Shown here in pieces: positions 1 to 10,949 of a stretch of DNA of 64,000 nucleotides. The position numbers were made by a program, and so were the translations under genes. Origin of the DNA: Candidatus Heimdallarchaeum aukensis (lineage in GTDB: Archaea > Asgardarchaeota > Heimdallarchaeia > Heimdallarchaeales > Heimdallarchaeaceae); NCBI GenBank assembly GCA_021513695.1, contig CP084166.1, forward strand, positions 672,001 to 736,000, written 5' to 3'. The notes under the pieces are model-generated. The model did not search any database. It saw only the letters and a list, made by a program, of their open reading frames with translations, and was not told the DNA's origin. How positions within the stretch are numbered: the stretch's first letter is position 1; every line of letters starts with the position of its first letter.

Positions 1-888
1 ACCATTCCAAATAAAATAAAGCTAATAAATAGGAGTAAGATACTCCCTCTCACTTCAATACCAAAAACAAATATTCCAAAAATCATTATCGCAAAAATCA
101 TTAGCAAACCAATTATAGTTAAACCAAAAACATACCCTAGCATTCTCTCTGTTGCAGTTAAAGGTGTAGAGTATAATCTCGATTCTGTACCACTTATTTT
201 TTCTCTAATTAAAGTAACTAAAGAGATAAGAAGAAGCAGAAAAGATAGCACATAAGCCATTGAAGCAGACATCCCAACCTCTAAACCAGTATATTCTGAT
301 CCACCATGAGCTATAATTTGGTTAATTTGTATTCCTTGGCTACCCCTAATTTCTGCTAAAGCATCATAAAGAGAGTTTAAAACACTTGCTCTTACATTTG
401 GTTCAGTTGCATCAATATACACTATAATTTCAATAACAGTATTATAACCCATCGACAATCTGTATATACCCTCCGAGAAATTCGAAGGAATTAATATTGC
501 AGCTATATATTTTCCTTCTTCTACTTGTTGAATATTATCTTCATATGAACCCAAATATACATCTACTCTAGTATCATTAATTAGAAAATCAGTGATATTT
601 GTTCCAATGTCAAGTGAGATAGGACCAATATCAAAACCTTCATCTTGATTATCTATAATTATTGGAACATCTTTAACTTCACCACTAAAAGCCAAACCAA
701 AAACAATCATTATGATAGATGGTACAACAATAAGAAGACCTAAAGTCCTAGGATCTCTCTTAAATGAATTAAGAATTCTTATTGTAACAGCTAGAACTCT
801 TTTCCAAGAAAAAGTCTTTAATTCTTGATTTCCCTTTGTTTTCTTTTGTTCTTTGTTTATATTTTTATTTTTATCTTCTACCTTCATT
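1..888 (-). CDS. ABC-2 type transporter permease, partial (C-terminus lies beyond the window start)
   Basis: Reverse-strand ORF runs off the window edge. Manual translation from the ATG at 886-888 gives MKVEDKNKNINKEQKKTKGNQELKTFSWKRVLAVTIRILNSFKRDPRTLGLLIVVPSII... That is a basic N-terminus followed by hydrophobic helices, typical of ABC-2 permeases. Its ATG overlaps the stop of the upstream ATPase gene (ATGA at 884-888). Confidence 0.55.
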
Positions 889-1633
889 CGCTTTCCCCCA
901 CATCGCTCAATTTTATGAATATCTCCTCTATTGTACTTGTATGATACTTTTCTTTCAGTTCTGACGGAATTCCTTCCTCAATTAACTTTCCTTTTCTCAT
1001 TAACCCTATTCTATCAGCTCTCTCTGCTTCATCCATAACATGCGAGGTTAGAATTATTGTCTTTTCTTGTTCTTTAACCAAGGACCTAAAATAATCCCAA
1101 AAGAACTTACGTTGAACTGGATCTATGCCTACAGTAGCCTCATCAAAAAACAACAAAACAGGATCGTGAATAAGAGCACAAGCAATACTTACTCTTCTCT
1201 TCATCCCTCCTGACAAATTTTTAACAACTGTCTTTCTTTTTTCATGTAAAGAGAGTATAGTTAGTAAATGATCTAATCTTTCTCTAAATTCAGATTTAGA
1301 CTGCCCATAAAGAAGTGAAAAGAAACGAACATTTTCTTCTAATGTGAGTTCATTATAAAGAGAATATTCTTGGGGGGCAATACCTATGAAATTGGCTGTT
1401 TTTTTTCTATCTTTTGGAATAGCATAATCAAGAATTCTAACTTTTCCTGAAGTTGGATAAAGAGCACCTGTTAAAACATTTATTGTTGTAGTTTTTCCAG
1501 AACCGTTTGCTCCTATTAAAGCGTAAATCTCTCCTCTTTTAATTTGTAAATTGAGGTTATCTACAGCTTTGATATTCCCCGTTTTATAGACTTTTACGAG
1601 ATCTTTGACCTCTATAATATAATTATCCATATT
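884..1633 (-). CDS. ABC transporter ATP-binding protein (ABC-2 type)
   Basis: Walker A GANGSGKTT, ABC signature LSGGMKRR, Walker B LLFFDEATVGID and the H-loop are all present. The likely start is the internal Met of MDNYIIEVKDL rather than the far-upstream hydrophobic Met of the ORF track. Coupled to the downstream permease. Confidence 0.85.
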   Translation of the reverse strand, partial: NMDNYIIEVKDLVKVYKTGNIKAVDNLNLQIKRGEIYALIGANGSGKTTTINVLTGALYPTSGKVRILDYAIPKDRKKTANFIGIAPQEYSLYNELTLEENVRFFSLLYGQSKSEFRERLDHLLTILSLHEKRKTVVKNLSGGMKRRVSIACALIHDPVLLFFDEATVGIDPVQRKFFWDYFRSLVKEQEKTIILTSHVMDEAERADRIGLMRKGKLIEEGIPSELKEKYHTSTIEEIFIKLSDVGESE

Positions 1634-1783
1634 GCGTTTTTTTAGAAAATAAATATATAAAACTATTTGAGAAAAATGAAATTTTAGAAATAAATTTTGA
1701 AAAACAAAAAAATAAAGATATACCACAATAAATTAACAAAATAAAGTTAAGAAACTAAAGTAGATTATAAAAAAATGGTAGGA

Positions 1784-2248
1784 TTACCTTTTTTTTACAT
1801 AAATACCGTTAGGAAAAACAGAATAAAAAGCTTGTTTATATTTTTTAGACCTAAAAAAGCCCATAATTCTTCCACTACTATGATAAAAATGAGCATAGAA
1901 TCTAGAAACATCACGCCTTAATAAAAGGTGGAACATTAAAAAACCTATAGAAGGAGCAAGTATAATTAATCCTAACAGTTCAGGACCATCACTAAAGAAA
2001 CCTAAAGTCCAGAGGAAACTTAAAAGTGATAATATCGAGAGTATAGCTACAGAAAAAATAAATCTCATTTTGCCAATATTATAACAATATTTACAAATAT
2101 AGGTTGTAACATTGAGTTTTACAGACTGATTTTGAGTATATCCTTGATACTGTGTTTGACTTAAAAGCTGCGACCATGTATATTGCTGTTTAATTAGATG
2201 ATTCTCATTCTCATTTCCACATCGTACACACATAACAGGCCAAGACAT
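1784..2248 (-). CDS. hypothetical membrane protein with N-terminal zinc-ribbon (CxxC...CxxC)
   Basis: CVRCGN...CKYCYN cysteine pairs are followed by predicted TM helices. No family recognised. Confidence 0.4.
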   Translation of the reverse strand: MSWPVMCVRCGNENENHLIKQQYTWSQLLSQTQYQGYTQNQSVKLNVTTYICKYCYNIGKMRFIFSVAILSILSLLSFLWTLGFFSDGPELLGLIILAPSIGFLMFHLLLRRDVSRFYAHFYHSSGRIMGFFRSKKYKQAFYSVFPNGIYVKKR

Positions 2249-2621
2249 AAAAAAAGAGATTCACAGCTTTATAAAAAGGTTGTTAGATTTTTTTATATTC
2301 AACTAATATCTGCAAATTATCAACTTTTTAATGGTTATATACTTCTTAAATGCTAATATTGAAATTTCAGAAAAAAATTACTTTAGGATATAACAATACT
2401 TGAAGACAAATCTGAACTAAGAAAGAAACAGTTTGGATAAAGGTTACTCCAAAAAGAAAAATTGCTATTTATGGTGTAGGAATAAAACTTTTAGAAATGA
2501 GAAAAACAGGAAAACTGGAAATATTGTAGAATTAACATAGCTTTTTTCTTTTTATTAAACTAGTTCTTAATGTACGGATAATATTTACTCTTATAAATAA
2601 ACTTGAAAAAGTTGTACTATC

Positions 2622-3350
2622 TTGCGAATTTCTAAGAACACAATAAAATTAAGAGAATACTCTATTCCGTATAGTATTGAACTTAGAGATGTAAAATACG
2701 CAAGAATTGAAATATTACCAACAAAAAAAATACGATTAATTTTCCCAAAAGGATTAGAAAACATTGATAATAAGAAGATATTAAATGAACATAAAGAATG
2801 GTTAAAAAAAAGAATTCAAAGAATTGACGAATCATTAAAAAAAATAGGCTTTAGTTGGAATAAGATAGGAGAGCATGAAATAGTTTTTGGAAAGAGATAC
2901 CAACTAAGAATTTACAGAAGCTACTACGATTCTGTTTTCTTTGAAGGTTCAATAATTTCAGTATCTGTTCGAGATATTGATAATGCTTTAAACTACCTAA
3001 GATCAATAATATATGCTGAATTTTCTAAAAAGGTTGAAACTTTCACAAATTTCTTTGCAAGAAAAATGAATGTAGAAGTAAAAAAGATTTCAATTAAAAA
3101 ACAAAAAAATATCTGGGGGAGCTGCTCAACTAAAGGAAATATAAATATCAATTTTCGTGCAGCTATATTGAGTGATGAACTATTGATGTTCTTAATTGCT
3201 CACGAAGTGGCACATCTTCAACATCCTAACCATGGACCTGGCTTTAAACAACTTCTTTCTTCCTTTTTTGAGGATATTAAAGAAAAAAATGATTTATTGG
3301 AAGCTTTTTGGTTTATTTCTCATAGTTCCAAAATTTTTTCTTTTGAATAA
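2622..3350 (+). CDS. YgjP-like (DUF45) metal-dependent hydrolase, M48-related
   Basis: Motif AHEVAHLQHPNHGPGF matches the HExxHxxxxNH..F signature of the YgjP/DUF45 family. Size about 240 aa. Confidence 0.65.
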   Translation: MRISKNTIKLREYSIPYSIELRDVKYARIEILPTKKIRLIFPKGLENIDNKKILNEHKEWLKKRIQRIDESLKKIGFSWNKIGEHEIVFGKRYQLRIYRSYYDSVFFEGSIISVSVRDIDNALNYLRSIIYAEFSKKVETFTNFFARKMNVEVKKISIKKQKNIWGSCSTKGNININFRAAILSDELLMFLIAHEVAHLQHPNHGPGFKQLLSSFFEDIKEKNDLLEAFWFISHSSKIFSFE

Positions 3351-3439
3351 TCAAATCTCAACTTCTAATCATTTTTAAACGATAAACCGACAAGTTTAAA
3401 TAGTTTATAGGGGGCATATATTTACTCAATATAAAGTGA

Positions 3440-4678
3440 ATGAAAATGAGTCCATTTGAGATAAAGATTGATGAGGAGAAAAAGAAATTAGTGAAAGAGC
3501 TAATAAAGAAATTGCACCAAGGAGAAAATATACAAGAAGTGAGAAAGCAGTTTAAAGAAGTATTAAGAGATATGAATGCTTTAGAGATCACACAAGTAGA
3601 ACAGGAATTAATTAAAGAGGGAATGGATCCAAGAGAGATTTTTTCTATGTGTGACATACATTTAGAAGTGTTTAAAGAAAACCTAAGTACAAATTTGGAT
3701 TTAGCTCCACCAGGACATCCTATTCATACGTTAATGCATGAGCATGTAAAACTAGTCGAATTTGGAGAAAAGTTGTTCCAAACGACCAAGGATTTAAGAA
3801 AAGTGAAAGATTTTCCTTTTGCAGGAAACATTTTAGGAGCTATTCAAGATATTGTTAACCATTTTAAAGAAGCAGAAAAGCATTACTTAAGAGAAGAGAA
3901 TATTCTATTTCCATACTTGGAAAAACACGGAATTACGCAACCACCCAAGATTATGTGGATGGATCATGATCGTATTAGAGAATTAAAGAAGGAGATTTTT
4001 GAACTAGTAGAAGGACGAAAAATAACGGACTATTCTGAGTTTGTTGATAGACTTGAAAAGGCAAGTTTAGCATTAGCTGAATACCAAAGTGGTCATTTTG
4101 AGAAAGAAAACAAAATTCTATTTCCAACTGCTATGAAAGTTATTTCTGAAGAGGAATGGAAAGATATAACAAAGGAATTTAATGACATTGGTTATTGCTG
4201 TTTCTCACCTAAAGAAGCTGTTGAAGCAGTAGAAGAAGAACAAACTCAAAAAGCTACACTCGACTCAGGAATAATCGAATTTGAAACTGGAAAAATAGAT
4301 GTTAAAACATTAGAAGCAGTCCTAGATACACTTCCTTTTGATATCACGTTTGTTGATAAAAATGATAGAGTAGCCTATTATAGTAATTCTAGCGAGAGAC
4401 TGTTTGTTAGAACTAAAGCTATTATTGGAAGAACAGTGCAAAATTGCCATCCTAATAAAAGCATTCATATAGTAAACAAAATCATCAATGATTTTCGTGA
4501 AGGAAAGAAAGACAAGGCTGAATTTTGGTTCAGATTAGGAGACAAATACGTTTACATTCGCTACTATGCAGTTAGAAGTAGAGAAGGAGAATATTTAGGA
4601 ACTTTAGAAGTCAGCCAAGATATAGCACAAATAAAACAAATCGAAGGTGATAAGAAGCTTTTAGATTGGGAAGATTAA
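3440..4678 (+). CDS. DUF438/hemerythrin-like domain protein with C-terminal PAS domain
   Basis: HPIHTLMHEH and later His/Glu-containing helices resemble hemerythrin-like cation-binding motifs. The C-terminal approx 110 aa (ITFVDKNDRVAYYSNSSERLF...) look like a PAS fold. Confidence 0.55.
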   Translation: MKMSPFEIKIDEEKKKLVKELIKKLHQGENIQEVRKQFKEVLRDMNALEITQVEQELIKEGMDPREIFSMCDIHLEVFKENLSTNLDLAPPGHPIHTLMHEHVKLVEFGEKLFQTTKDLRKVKDFPFAGNILGAIQDIVNHFKEAEKHYLREENILFPYLEKHGITQPPKIMWMDHDRIRELKKEIFELVEGRKITDYSEFVDRLEKASLALAEYQSGHFEKENKILFPTAMKVISEEEWKDITKEFNDIGYCCFSPKEAVEAVEEEQTQKATLDSGIIEFETGKIDVKTLEAVLDTLPFDITFVDKNDRVAYYSNSSERLFVRTKAIIGRTVQNCHPNKSIHIVNKIINDFREGKKDKAEFWFRLGDKYVYIRYYAVRSREGEYLGTLEVSQDIAQIKQIEGDKKLLDWED

Positions 4679-4693
4679 AAGGAGGAAATAAAA

Positions 4694-4924
4694 ATGGTAA
4701 AATATAAAATAACTATTAATCGAGATGAATGTATAGCTTGTGGATTATGTTATTCAGACGACCCTGAACATTTTAAAGCTGATGATTCAGATATTTCAAT
4801 GGTTGTTGGAGGAGAAACAACCGACGACTTATCAGAAGGACACTTTGATGATGACGAGATTGAAAATGTTAGAGATATAGCTTCTGAATGTCCAGCAGAG
4901 ATTATACATGTAACCGAAGAGTAA
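4694..4924 (+). CDS. small ferredoxin (single Fe-S cluster)
   Basis: CIACGLC...ECP pattern, 76 aa, acidic. A strong GGAGG Shine-Dalgarno sits 7 nt upstream. Confidence 0.65.
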   Translation: MVKYKITINRDECIACGLCYSDDPEHFKADDSDISMVVGGETTDDLSEGHFDDDEIENVRDIASECPAEIIHVTEE

Positions 4925-4932
4925 ATCTCTTC

Positions 4933-4941
4933 TTTTTTTTT
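4933..4941 (+). terminator. T9 run after ferredoxin gene (possible archaeal oligo-T terminator or spacer)
   Basis: tcttttttttt immediately after the stop at 4924. The next gene starts at 4953, so read-through is possible. Confidence 0.2.
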
Positions 4942-4952
4942 GGTGATTAAAG

Positions 4953-5870
4953 TTGAGATTTCCTTGTGAATATGTTACTTCTGAATTTTTACCTGGTTTA
5001 AGGATCAGAGTCAGTCATTTGTTACGTGAAGCAGGATATTCTCAAAATGAAATTGCTGAAAAACTCGGTGTTAAGCAACCTGTTGTAGTAAGTTATCTTA
5101 AAGCATATGAAAAGAGAATTATAAAAGAAAAAGAGGACAATTTTCATTTGGATAACTTAGCTAACGAAATAACTAATGCTATTTTGGAGGGTAAATCTAC
5201 AGCTTTTTTGATTCGAACAGTTTGTACTCGATGTAAGTCTTTAAGAGTAGATAGTTTCATCTGCACTCAACACAAAAAACTTATTCCAGAGTTAAGTAAC
5301 ATAAAAAACTGCGACTTGTGTATGGGCTTTCCAGATAAAATGCCTACAATAGAAGAACGTAAACATATTAAAGATGAAATGATTGAGATGTTCAATTTAC
5401 TTACTTCGTATAAAGAATTCATTAATTGGATACCTGAAATTGGTGGACAAATTGCTCATTGTGATGATAAAGCTCTAGAATTAGATGATGTTGCCAGTTT
5501 TCCAGGAAGAATAGTGAAAGTTAAAAACGAAATTCGAAGATTAAGTGACCCTGAATTCGGTGAATCAAAAACAATGGCTCATTTATTAATCTGGGTTAGA
5601 AAATTTCAATCTAATATTAAGTGGATTTTAAGCATTAAAAACAAACCTGTTCTTCAAAAGAAACTGAAAAATCTAAATTTACCTATTTTAGAAACTCAAG
5701 AAATTGACACAAAATGGAAAAAAACTTTAGACAAACTTTCAAAAAATCCAGATATTTTCCAGTTTAGATTTTTGTTAGATAGTGGCGGAAAAGGATATGA
5801 GCCTATCACATATATCTTTGCAGAAAACAAAAACGAACTTGAAGAACTTTTGAAAAAAGTTTTTGCTTAA
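4953..5870 (+). CDS. HTH-domain protein, possibly ThiN-type regulator
   Basis: N-terminal SQNEIAEKLGVKQPVVVSYL helix-turn-helix. The C-terminal half contains IPEIGGQIAHC, reminiscent of the ThiN domain. Weak. Confidence 0.35.
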   Translation: MRFPCEYVTSEFLPGLRIRVSHLLREAGYSQNEIAEKLGVKQPVVVSYLKAYEKRIIKEKEDNFHLDNLANEITNAILEGKSTAFLIRTVCTRCKSLRVDSFICTQHKKLIPELSNIKNCDLCMGFPDKMPTIEERKHIKDEMIEMFNLLTSYKEFINWIPEIGGQIAHCDDKALELDDVASFPGRIVKVKNEIRRLSDPEFGESKTMAHLLIWVRKFQSNIKWILSIKNKPVLQKKLKNLNLPILETQEIDTKWKKTLDKLSKNPDIFQFRFLLDSGGKGYEPITYIFAENKNELEELLKKVFA

Positions 5871-6057
5871 GTAACAAATATGTTAAGGAGGTAATTCTTC
5901 TGTTTCATCTTTTTCCTTGTTAGCTAGTTGAAACATCAGGTAAACGCTAGTTACAATTATTACTACGATGAGAAGAAACAAGAAACTCCATAGTAATGCC
6001 GAAATCATTAAATCAATTTTACTATTCTGTTTATAAAGATTCTTAAAAAACGTTATA

Positions 6058-6729
6058 ATGTCTAAAGATGCTATTCTTTTGCATATGGAAGTTGAGATTA
6101 TTAAAGTATCAGCAAAGCTTGCAGAAGATGAACTAACTAAAGTAATCAAATATCTTGAAGAAGAAAAAACAGTTATTTTTCCTACTGATACTGTATATGG
6201 TATAGGCTCTGATCTCTTCAAAGAAAAAGCTGTAAAAAGGTTGTTCGAGATCAAAAGACGACCACTAGATAAACCAATTAATGCTTTAGTATCTTCAATG
6301 AAGCAAGTACAAATGATTGTAGAAGATATTCCTGATTTAGCCGTAAAATTAATGGAAGAATTCTGGCCAGGTGGATTAACTATTATCTTAAAGAAAAAAG
6401 AAATTGTTCCAGATATAGTTACAGCAGGGAAAAAAACAATTGGAGTAAGAAAACCTAACAATAAGATTATTCTTCAGATACTTAATAAATTTGGAAAACC
6501 TCTTGCAGCTACTAGCGCTAATATTTCAGGCTTACCAAGTCCAATTACTGCAAACGAAGCTATACAACAACTAGGAAAGGAAGGTTATTTGGTTATTGAT
6601 GGAGGGAAGACATTTGAGCAACAACCATCTACAATTATTGATTTATCCTCAAAAAATCCTCTAATTCTTCGTAAAGGAAGTGTAAATGTAGAAGAACTAA
6701 AGAAAATAGTACCTTCAATTATTGAATGA
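6058..6729 (+). CDS. L-threonylcarbamoyladenylate synthase, YrdC/Sua5/TsaC family
   Basis: VIFPTDTVYGIG motif and the overall YrdC-fold pattern (KxR...P..L...). A TATA-like TTTATAAAG lies about 30 nt upstream. Confidence 0.8.
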   Translation: MSKDAILLHMEVEIIKVSAKLAEDELTKVIKYLEEEKTVIFPTDTVYGIGSDLFKEKAVKRLFEIKRRPLDKPINALVSSMKQVQMIVEDIPDLAVKLMEEFWPGGLTIILKKKEIVPDIVTAGKKTIGVRKPNNKIILQILNKFGKPLAATSANISGLPSPITANEAIQQLGKEGYLVIDGGKTFEQQPSTIIDLSSKNPLILRKGSVNVEELKKIVPSIIE

Positions 6730-6769
6730 ATTTATAAATGAAAAAGATAATAATATAGCTTGAATTAAG

Positions 6770-7438
6770 ATGACCTCGAGTAAAAAAGAGAAAGTTACAA
6801 CTATTTTTTGGGACGTCGACACACAGCGAGACTTTATTGAGCCAAACGGAAAACTATATGTAAAGAATGCTGAATTGATTAAACCTAATTTAGAAAAACT
6901 TACTCAATATGCAAGAATGGCAGGAATTAGAATTCTGGGTTCCGTAGACTGGCATGTTATTGGAGATGAAGAGATAGTTGAAAAACCTGAAGAAGCAGAT
7001 TTTGATAAACATTATCCCCCACATTGTTTGAAAGGTGATCCTGGCTCAGAAAAGATAATGGAAACTCGTTCAGATACTGCAATTTTTGTAGACTATATTC
7101 CATATAATGAAGAAAGAATCAACGAAATAGTAAATAGTAATGCACCTATTTATTTCAGAAAAAAAGAGTTTGATGTCTTTACAAACCCTAACGTTTTACC
7201 TATATTAAACAAGATTAACCCCTCAAAAATTGTGATTTATGGTGTTGCTGCAGATGTATGTGTCAAATATGCTATTGATGGTTTAGCGATGAGAGGAAAT
7301 GCAGAAATTTATCTAGTAATCGATGCTATTGAAGGAATAAATGAAATAGAAACCAAAAGATTAGTCCATGCATGGCAAGTTGTAGGGATTATTCCCATCA
7401 CAACAGAGCAGGTCCTCAAAGGAAATTGGATTAAATAA
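6770..7438 (+). CDS. isochorismatase-family cysteine hydrolase (nicotinamidase-like)
   Basis: N-terminal Asp (FWDVDTQRDF), Lys, and catalytic Cys in VYGVAADVCVKY, as in PncA/isochorismatase-fold enzymes. Confidence 0.6.
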   Translation: MTSSKKEKVTTIFWDVDTQRDFIEPNGKLYVKNAELIKPNLEKLTQYARMAGIRILGSVDWHVIGDEEIVEKPEEADFDKHYPPHCLKGDPGSEKIMETRSDTAIFVDYIPYNEERINEIVNSNAPIYFRKKEFDVFTNPNVLPILNKINPSKIVIYGVAADVCVKYAIDGLAMRGNAEIYLVIDAIEGINEIETKRLVHAWQVVGIIPITTEQVLKGNWIK

Positions 7439-7528
7439 TTAAAAACAGTTTTCTTTTTTCAAATTTCTTTTTTAGATTAGAAAAAAAAATAAAAAAATGA
7501 CTGGAGAAATTACTGAGTTATTGAATAT

Positions 7529-9352
7529 TCAATAATGTTTTTTTTCTCTTCTTTTGTTGATTATTGAAACTGAAATTACGATGAACATAAGAATTGAAAT
7601 GGTGCTCTCAAGGTTATAACTTACTGAGTTTGTGTTAGTCGTATCATCACCAGGTAAAGTAGTGTTGTATTTTATATCATAACCAGCAAACTCCATATAT
7701 TGTCTAGCAAGATAAATATCATAAATATACGGTTCAAGATCGCTATCAAAACCAATACATCCTTCTGGCATGGGTGATACACCAGGTGCTCCTTGTCCTT
7801 CTAAAATTTCGTTTACTATCATTTCACGTGGAACAGAATGGCTTATGGCTTTTCTAATGAACTTCGCTGCTTCTGCAGTTCCTAAAGGAGTAAGTTCTCC
7901 TGTCCCAAGGATAGGATGACGCATGTTGATTGCCATTTCTTGTGTAGATGTGATTTTTGTAAGGGCAAGATTAGTATCGATTCCCTCAAAATCTGAAAAA
8001 TGTAAACCATATTGAGAATCTACAATGTCAACTATCCCTTCTGTAAAAGCATCAATGGCCTTACTTTTACTAGGAACAAAGGTAAATATCAAACTATCTA
8101 GCAAATCATCATCTGTTAAGTTCCAATAAGGATTAGGATAAAGTATGACTGTACTTGAAGTAACATTAAAATCACTTACATTAAGCATAAATGGCCCACA
8201 ACTAGTTACAAAAGCTTGATCTAGAACATCCATGCTATAGCCATTTAAATTGATGTAATTTTGGACAAGATTCTTGTTAATTATACCATAGCTCAATAGA
8301 CTTAAACTAAAAGCATATCGTTTTTTGAAAGTAAACTGAATAGTGTCTTCATCTAAAGCTTTGATAGATTCGTTATTTTCAAAGTAAGTAGTTAAGGGGT
8401 CATATAATACGGAATCAACAGCAGGTGTCATGTATAACTCATAAGTGTAGTCAACATCATAAGCAGTTACAGGTTCTCCATTACTGAAGTAAGCATTAGG
8501 ATTAATATCCACTGTAATGGTTAATTTATCTTCTGATACACTGTAATTCTTTGCTATTACTGGCTCCATTAAACGCTTATTTTGACTTCGTTCAAAAAGT
8601 CCATAATAAACACAACTCATCCATAGAGCATCATAATACCATTCTTGAACAAAGATGTTATATTCTCTAAATTCTGCAGGTTGAGCATAAGTAATATTGT
8701 TCTTTAATGAATTTCTCCAATTTTCAGCTCGATGAGCACTATCACTTAACAATTGTGTATCAATTCCGCTAATTGACTTATTCAACGCATAGATCTCTCT
8801 TGGATACAATATTGTTATAGCTGGTAAATCATCATAAAGGATAGCTTGCAGTTCCTTTCCTTTAGCGATACGTTTAGTACCATCAAGTTCAGTAGTATAT
8901 TCTACTAGTTTTTCATCAAATTCTGGATTACTGTACTGGTAAACATTGTCTCCCGCGGGAACAATGCTTTCTGTATCAAAAAGACCTGTTGGATCCCAGT
9001 CTAATCCCCAGCTCCAACCTACAAAGAGTATATCATATCCTCCTTTATCATATGTAGGGATATAATCATAATAGCCTTCTTTACCAACAGGATAGAGCCA
9101 TGTTCTAGGAGCAATATTTCCCCAACCTGTTGTTTCATGGAAAGCTATACCTATACCTATTTTTGGTAACTCTTCTTCCATCAGGAATGCCCATTGATAT
9201 CTATAAGTACAACTAATTGGTGAAAGTAAATTAAGATAAAAGAGAGGAAGAGGATTTTCTTCTTCATCTGCATGTAGAGGAAGAACACTAGTTACGAAAA
9301 AAAAACAAATAACTAATGAGAGAAAAATCGTTTTTCTCTTTTTCATATTCAT
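7529..9352 (-). CDS. secreted solute-binding protein (ABC family-5, OppA/DppA-like) with C-terminal membrane anchor
   Basis: N-terminal signal peptide (KKRKTIFLSLVICFFFVTSVLP), about 550 aa binding-protein body with SCGPFML. C-terminal hydrophobic stretch plus KRREKKHY tail. Confidence 0.5.
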   Translation of the reverse strand: MNMKKRKTIFLSLVICFFFVTSVLPLHADEEENPLPLFYLNLLSPISCTYRYQWAFLMEEELPKIGIGIAFHETTGWGNIAPRTWLYPVGKEGYYDYIPTYDKGGYDILFVGWSWGLDWDPTGLFDTESIVPAGDNVYQYSNPEFDEKLVEYTTELDGTKRIAKGKELQAILYDDLPAITILYPREIYALNKSISGIDTQLLSDSAHRAENWRNSLKNNITYAQPAEFREYNIFVQEWYYDALWMSCVYYGLFERSQNKRLMEPVIAKNYSVSEDKLTITVDINPNAYFSNGEPVTAYDVDYTYELYMTPAVDSVLYDPLTTYFENNESIKALDEDTIQFTFKKRYAFSLSLLSYGIINKNLVQNYINLNGYSMDVLDQAFVTSCGPFMLNVSDFNVTSSTVILYPNPYWNLTDDDLLDSLIFTFVPSKSKAIDAFTEGIVDIVDSQYGLHFSDFEGIDTNLALTKITSTQEMAINMRHPILGTGELTPLGTAEAAKFIRKAISHSVPREMIVNEILEGQGAPGVSPMPEGCIGFDSDLEPYIYDIYLARQYMEFAGYDIKYNTTLPGDDTTNTNSVSYNLESTISILMFIVISVSIINKRREKKHY

Positions 9353-9473
9353 CTCCTTACTAGTAAAAATTAGTATAAAAAAGATATAAATGTTCCTTTT
9401 CTTTGAGATTTAGGTTTAGATTTTCTCATTTTCAGATATAGACCTAAAGATAATGTTTTTTCGTTTCCGAAAT

Positions 9474-9481
9474 CTTTTAAA
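9474..9481 (+). promoter_or_regulatory. TATA-box-like element (TTTTAAAT) about 28 nt upstream of the tldD start
   Basis: An AT box at archaeal BRE/TATA spacing relative to the ATG at 9506, suggesting a leaderless transcript. Confidence 0.3.
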
Positions 9482-9505
9482 TGTGTATGACCCTTTCTTT
9501 ACAGA

Positions 9506-10948
9506 ATGGAAGATATAATAAATTTAGCTCTAAAAGAAGCAGAATCAAAGAATGTTAACTTTGCAGAAGTTAGAATCTTTGGTTATGATAGCGAAGTAAT
9601 CGCTTTAAGGAATGCTGAAATTGATCAAATAGGAAGGGCTTACAATATAGGTTATGGAGTTAGAGTGATTAAGAACGGTGCATGGGGCTTTGCTAGTTCA
9701 GCAGATATTAGTAAAGAAAGGGTAAAAGAAGTAGTAAATAACGCAATAAAAGAAGCTGATGCCACAAGTAAAGTAATTAAAAGGCCAGTAGAATTATCAG
9801 AAGAACCAATAATTAAAGACACCTACAAAACTCCCTTTAAAATCGACCCTTTTGATGTTGATATTGAAGAGAAACTGGAGATTTTGAAAAAAGCTGATGG
9901 AATTATAGCAGAAAAAGGAGATGCAATTAAAGTAAGACAAACTGAAATGGGTTTTTACAAAGTATACCTGAATTATGGGAACACAGAGGGAACTAGAATA
10001 AAACAAGAAGAGCTTTTCACTGGAGCAAAAGCATCAGCCACTGCAATTGCTAACGATAATCAGAGAAGAGCGATTGGACTCTATGAAATGAGAGGATTTG
10101 AATATATTGATATGTATAATTTTGAGGAGAAATCAGAACAAGTAGCTCAAGAAGCTATTGTTCTTGCAACTGAAGCTGTAGCTCCTAAACAACAAAAAAC
10201 TGCTTTTATCTTGGAACCTTTTCAACTAGGATTAACTATTCATGAGAGTTGTGGACATCCTACAGAATTAGACAGAGTACTTGGTTGGGAAGCTGATTTT
10301 GCTGGAACAAGTTTTCTTACTTTGGATAAACTGGGTAAGAATTATCAATATGGTTCTGAAAAAGTTAACCTTGTTAATGATCCTACTATTCCTTATGTTC
10401 TCGGACATGAGAAATATGACCATGAAGGAGTAGAAACTAAACGATTCTATGTTGTCAAGAACGGTATTTTTAACGATTACCAAACTGATAGACAAACAGC
10501 TAAAATTATTGGTAAAGAACACAGCAACGGTAACGCTAGAATTGCTAGATATAACAGAGTTCCTTTAGTAAGAATGAGTAACTTGTATTTAGAAGCCGAC
10601 CCTGAAGGACCAAAAGATATTGATGAATTAATAGCAGAAACTAAAGAAGGAATCTATGGAATCGGTTGGAAGAGCCATTCTATCGATGATAAAAGAACTA
10701 ATTTTCAGTTTAGTGTTCAACTAGCTTATGAAATAAAAAATGGGGAATTAGCTATACCTCTAAAGAACACTATTTATCAAGCAGTTACCCCTGAATTCTG
10801 GGGAGGACTTGACTTAATGACTAAAGAGTGGAGAATCGACGGTCTTGGACCAAGTTGTGGTAAAGGAGCACCTCATACACAAACTATGTGGGTAAGCCAT
10901 GGAGGGCCTTATGCTCGTTTCCAAGGGGTGAATATCTTTTCAGGATAA
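9506..10948 (+). CDS. tldD: TldD metalloprotease
   Basis: 480 aa with the HESCGH zinc-binding motif and GxC...motifs of the TldD/PmbA family. Followed immediately by the paralogue. Confidence 0.85.
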   Translation: MEDIINLALKEAESKNVNFAEVRIFGYDSEVIALRNAEIDQIGRAYNIGYGVRVIKNGAWGFASSADISKERVKEVVNNAIKEADATSKVIKRPVELSEEPIIKDTYKTPFKIDPFDVDIEEKLEILKKADGIIAEKGDAIKVRQTEMGFYKVYLNYGNTEGTRIKQEELFTGAKASATAIANDNQRRAIGLYEMRGFEYIDMYNFEEKSEQVAQEAIVLATEAVAPKQQKTAFILEPFQLGLTIHESCGHPTELDRVLGWEADFAGTSFLTLDKLGKNYQYGSEKVNLVNDPTIPYVLGHEKYDHEGVETKRFYVVKNGIFNDYQTDRQTAKIIGKEHSNGNARIARYNRVPLVRMSNLYLEADPEGPKDIDELIAETKEGIYGIGWKSHSIDDKRTNFQFSVQLAYEIKNGELAIPLKNTIYQAVTPEFWGGLDLMTKEWRIDGLGPSCGKGAPHTQTMWVSHGGPYARFQGVNIFSG

Positions 10949-10949
10949 G

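Noticed and set aside
3358-3657. 99-aa reverse-strand ORF overlapping the 3440-4678 gene
   Set aside because: It is embedded antisense within a well-supported CDS. Its composition is Ser/Phe/Ile-rich, typical of spurious ORFs in AT-rich DNA.
5883-6461. 192-aa reverse-strand ORF overlapping the YrdC-family gene
   Set aside because: Antisense to a gene with clear family motifs. Low-complexity translation.
9797-10522. Two small reverse-strand ORFs inside tldD
   Set aside because: Antisense shadows of a strongly supported CDS.
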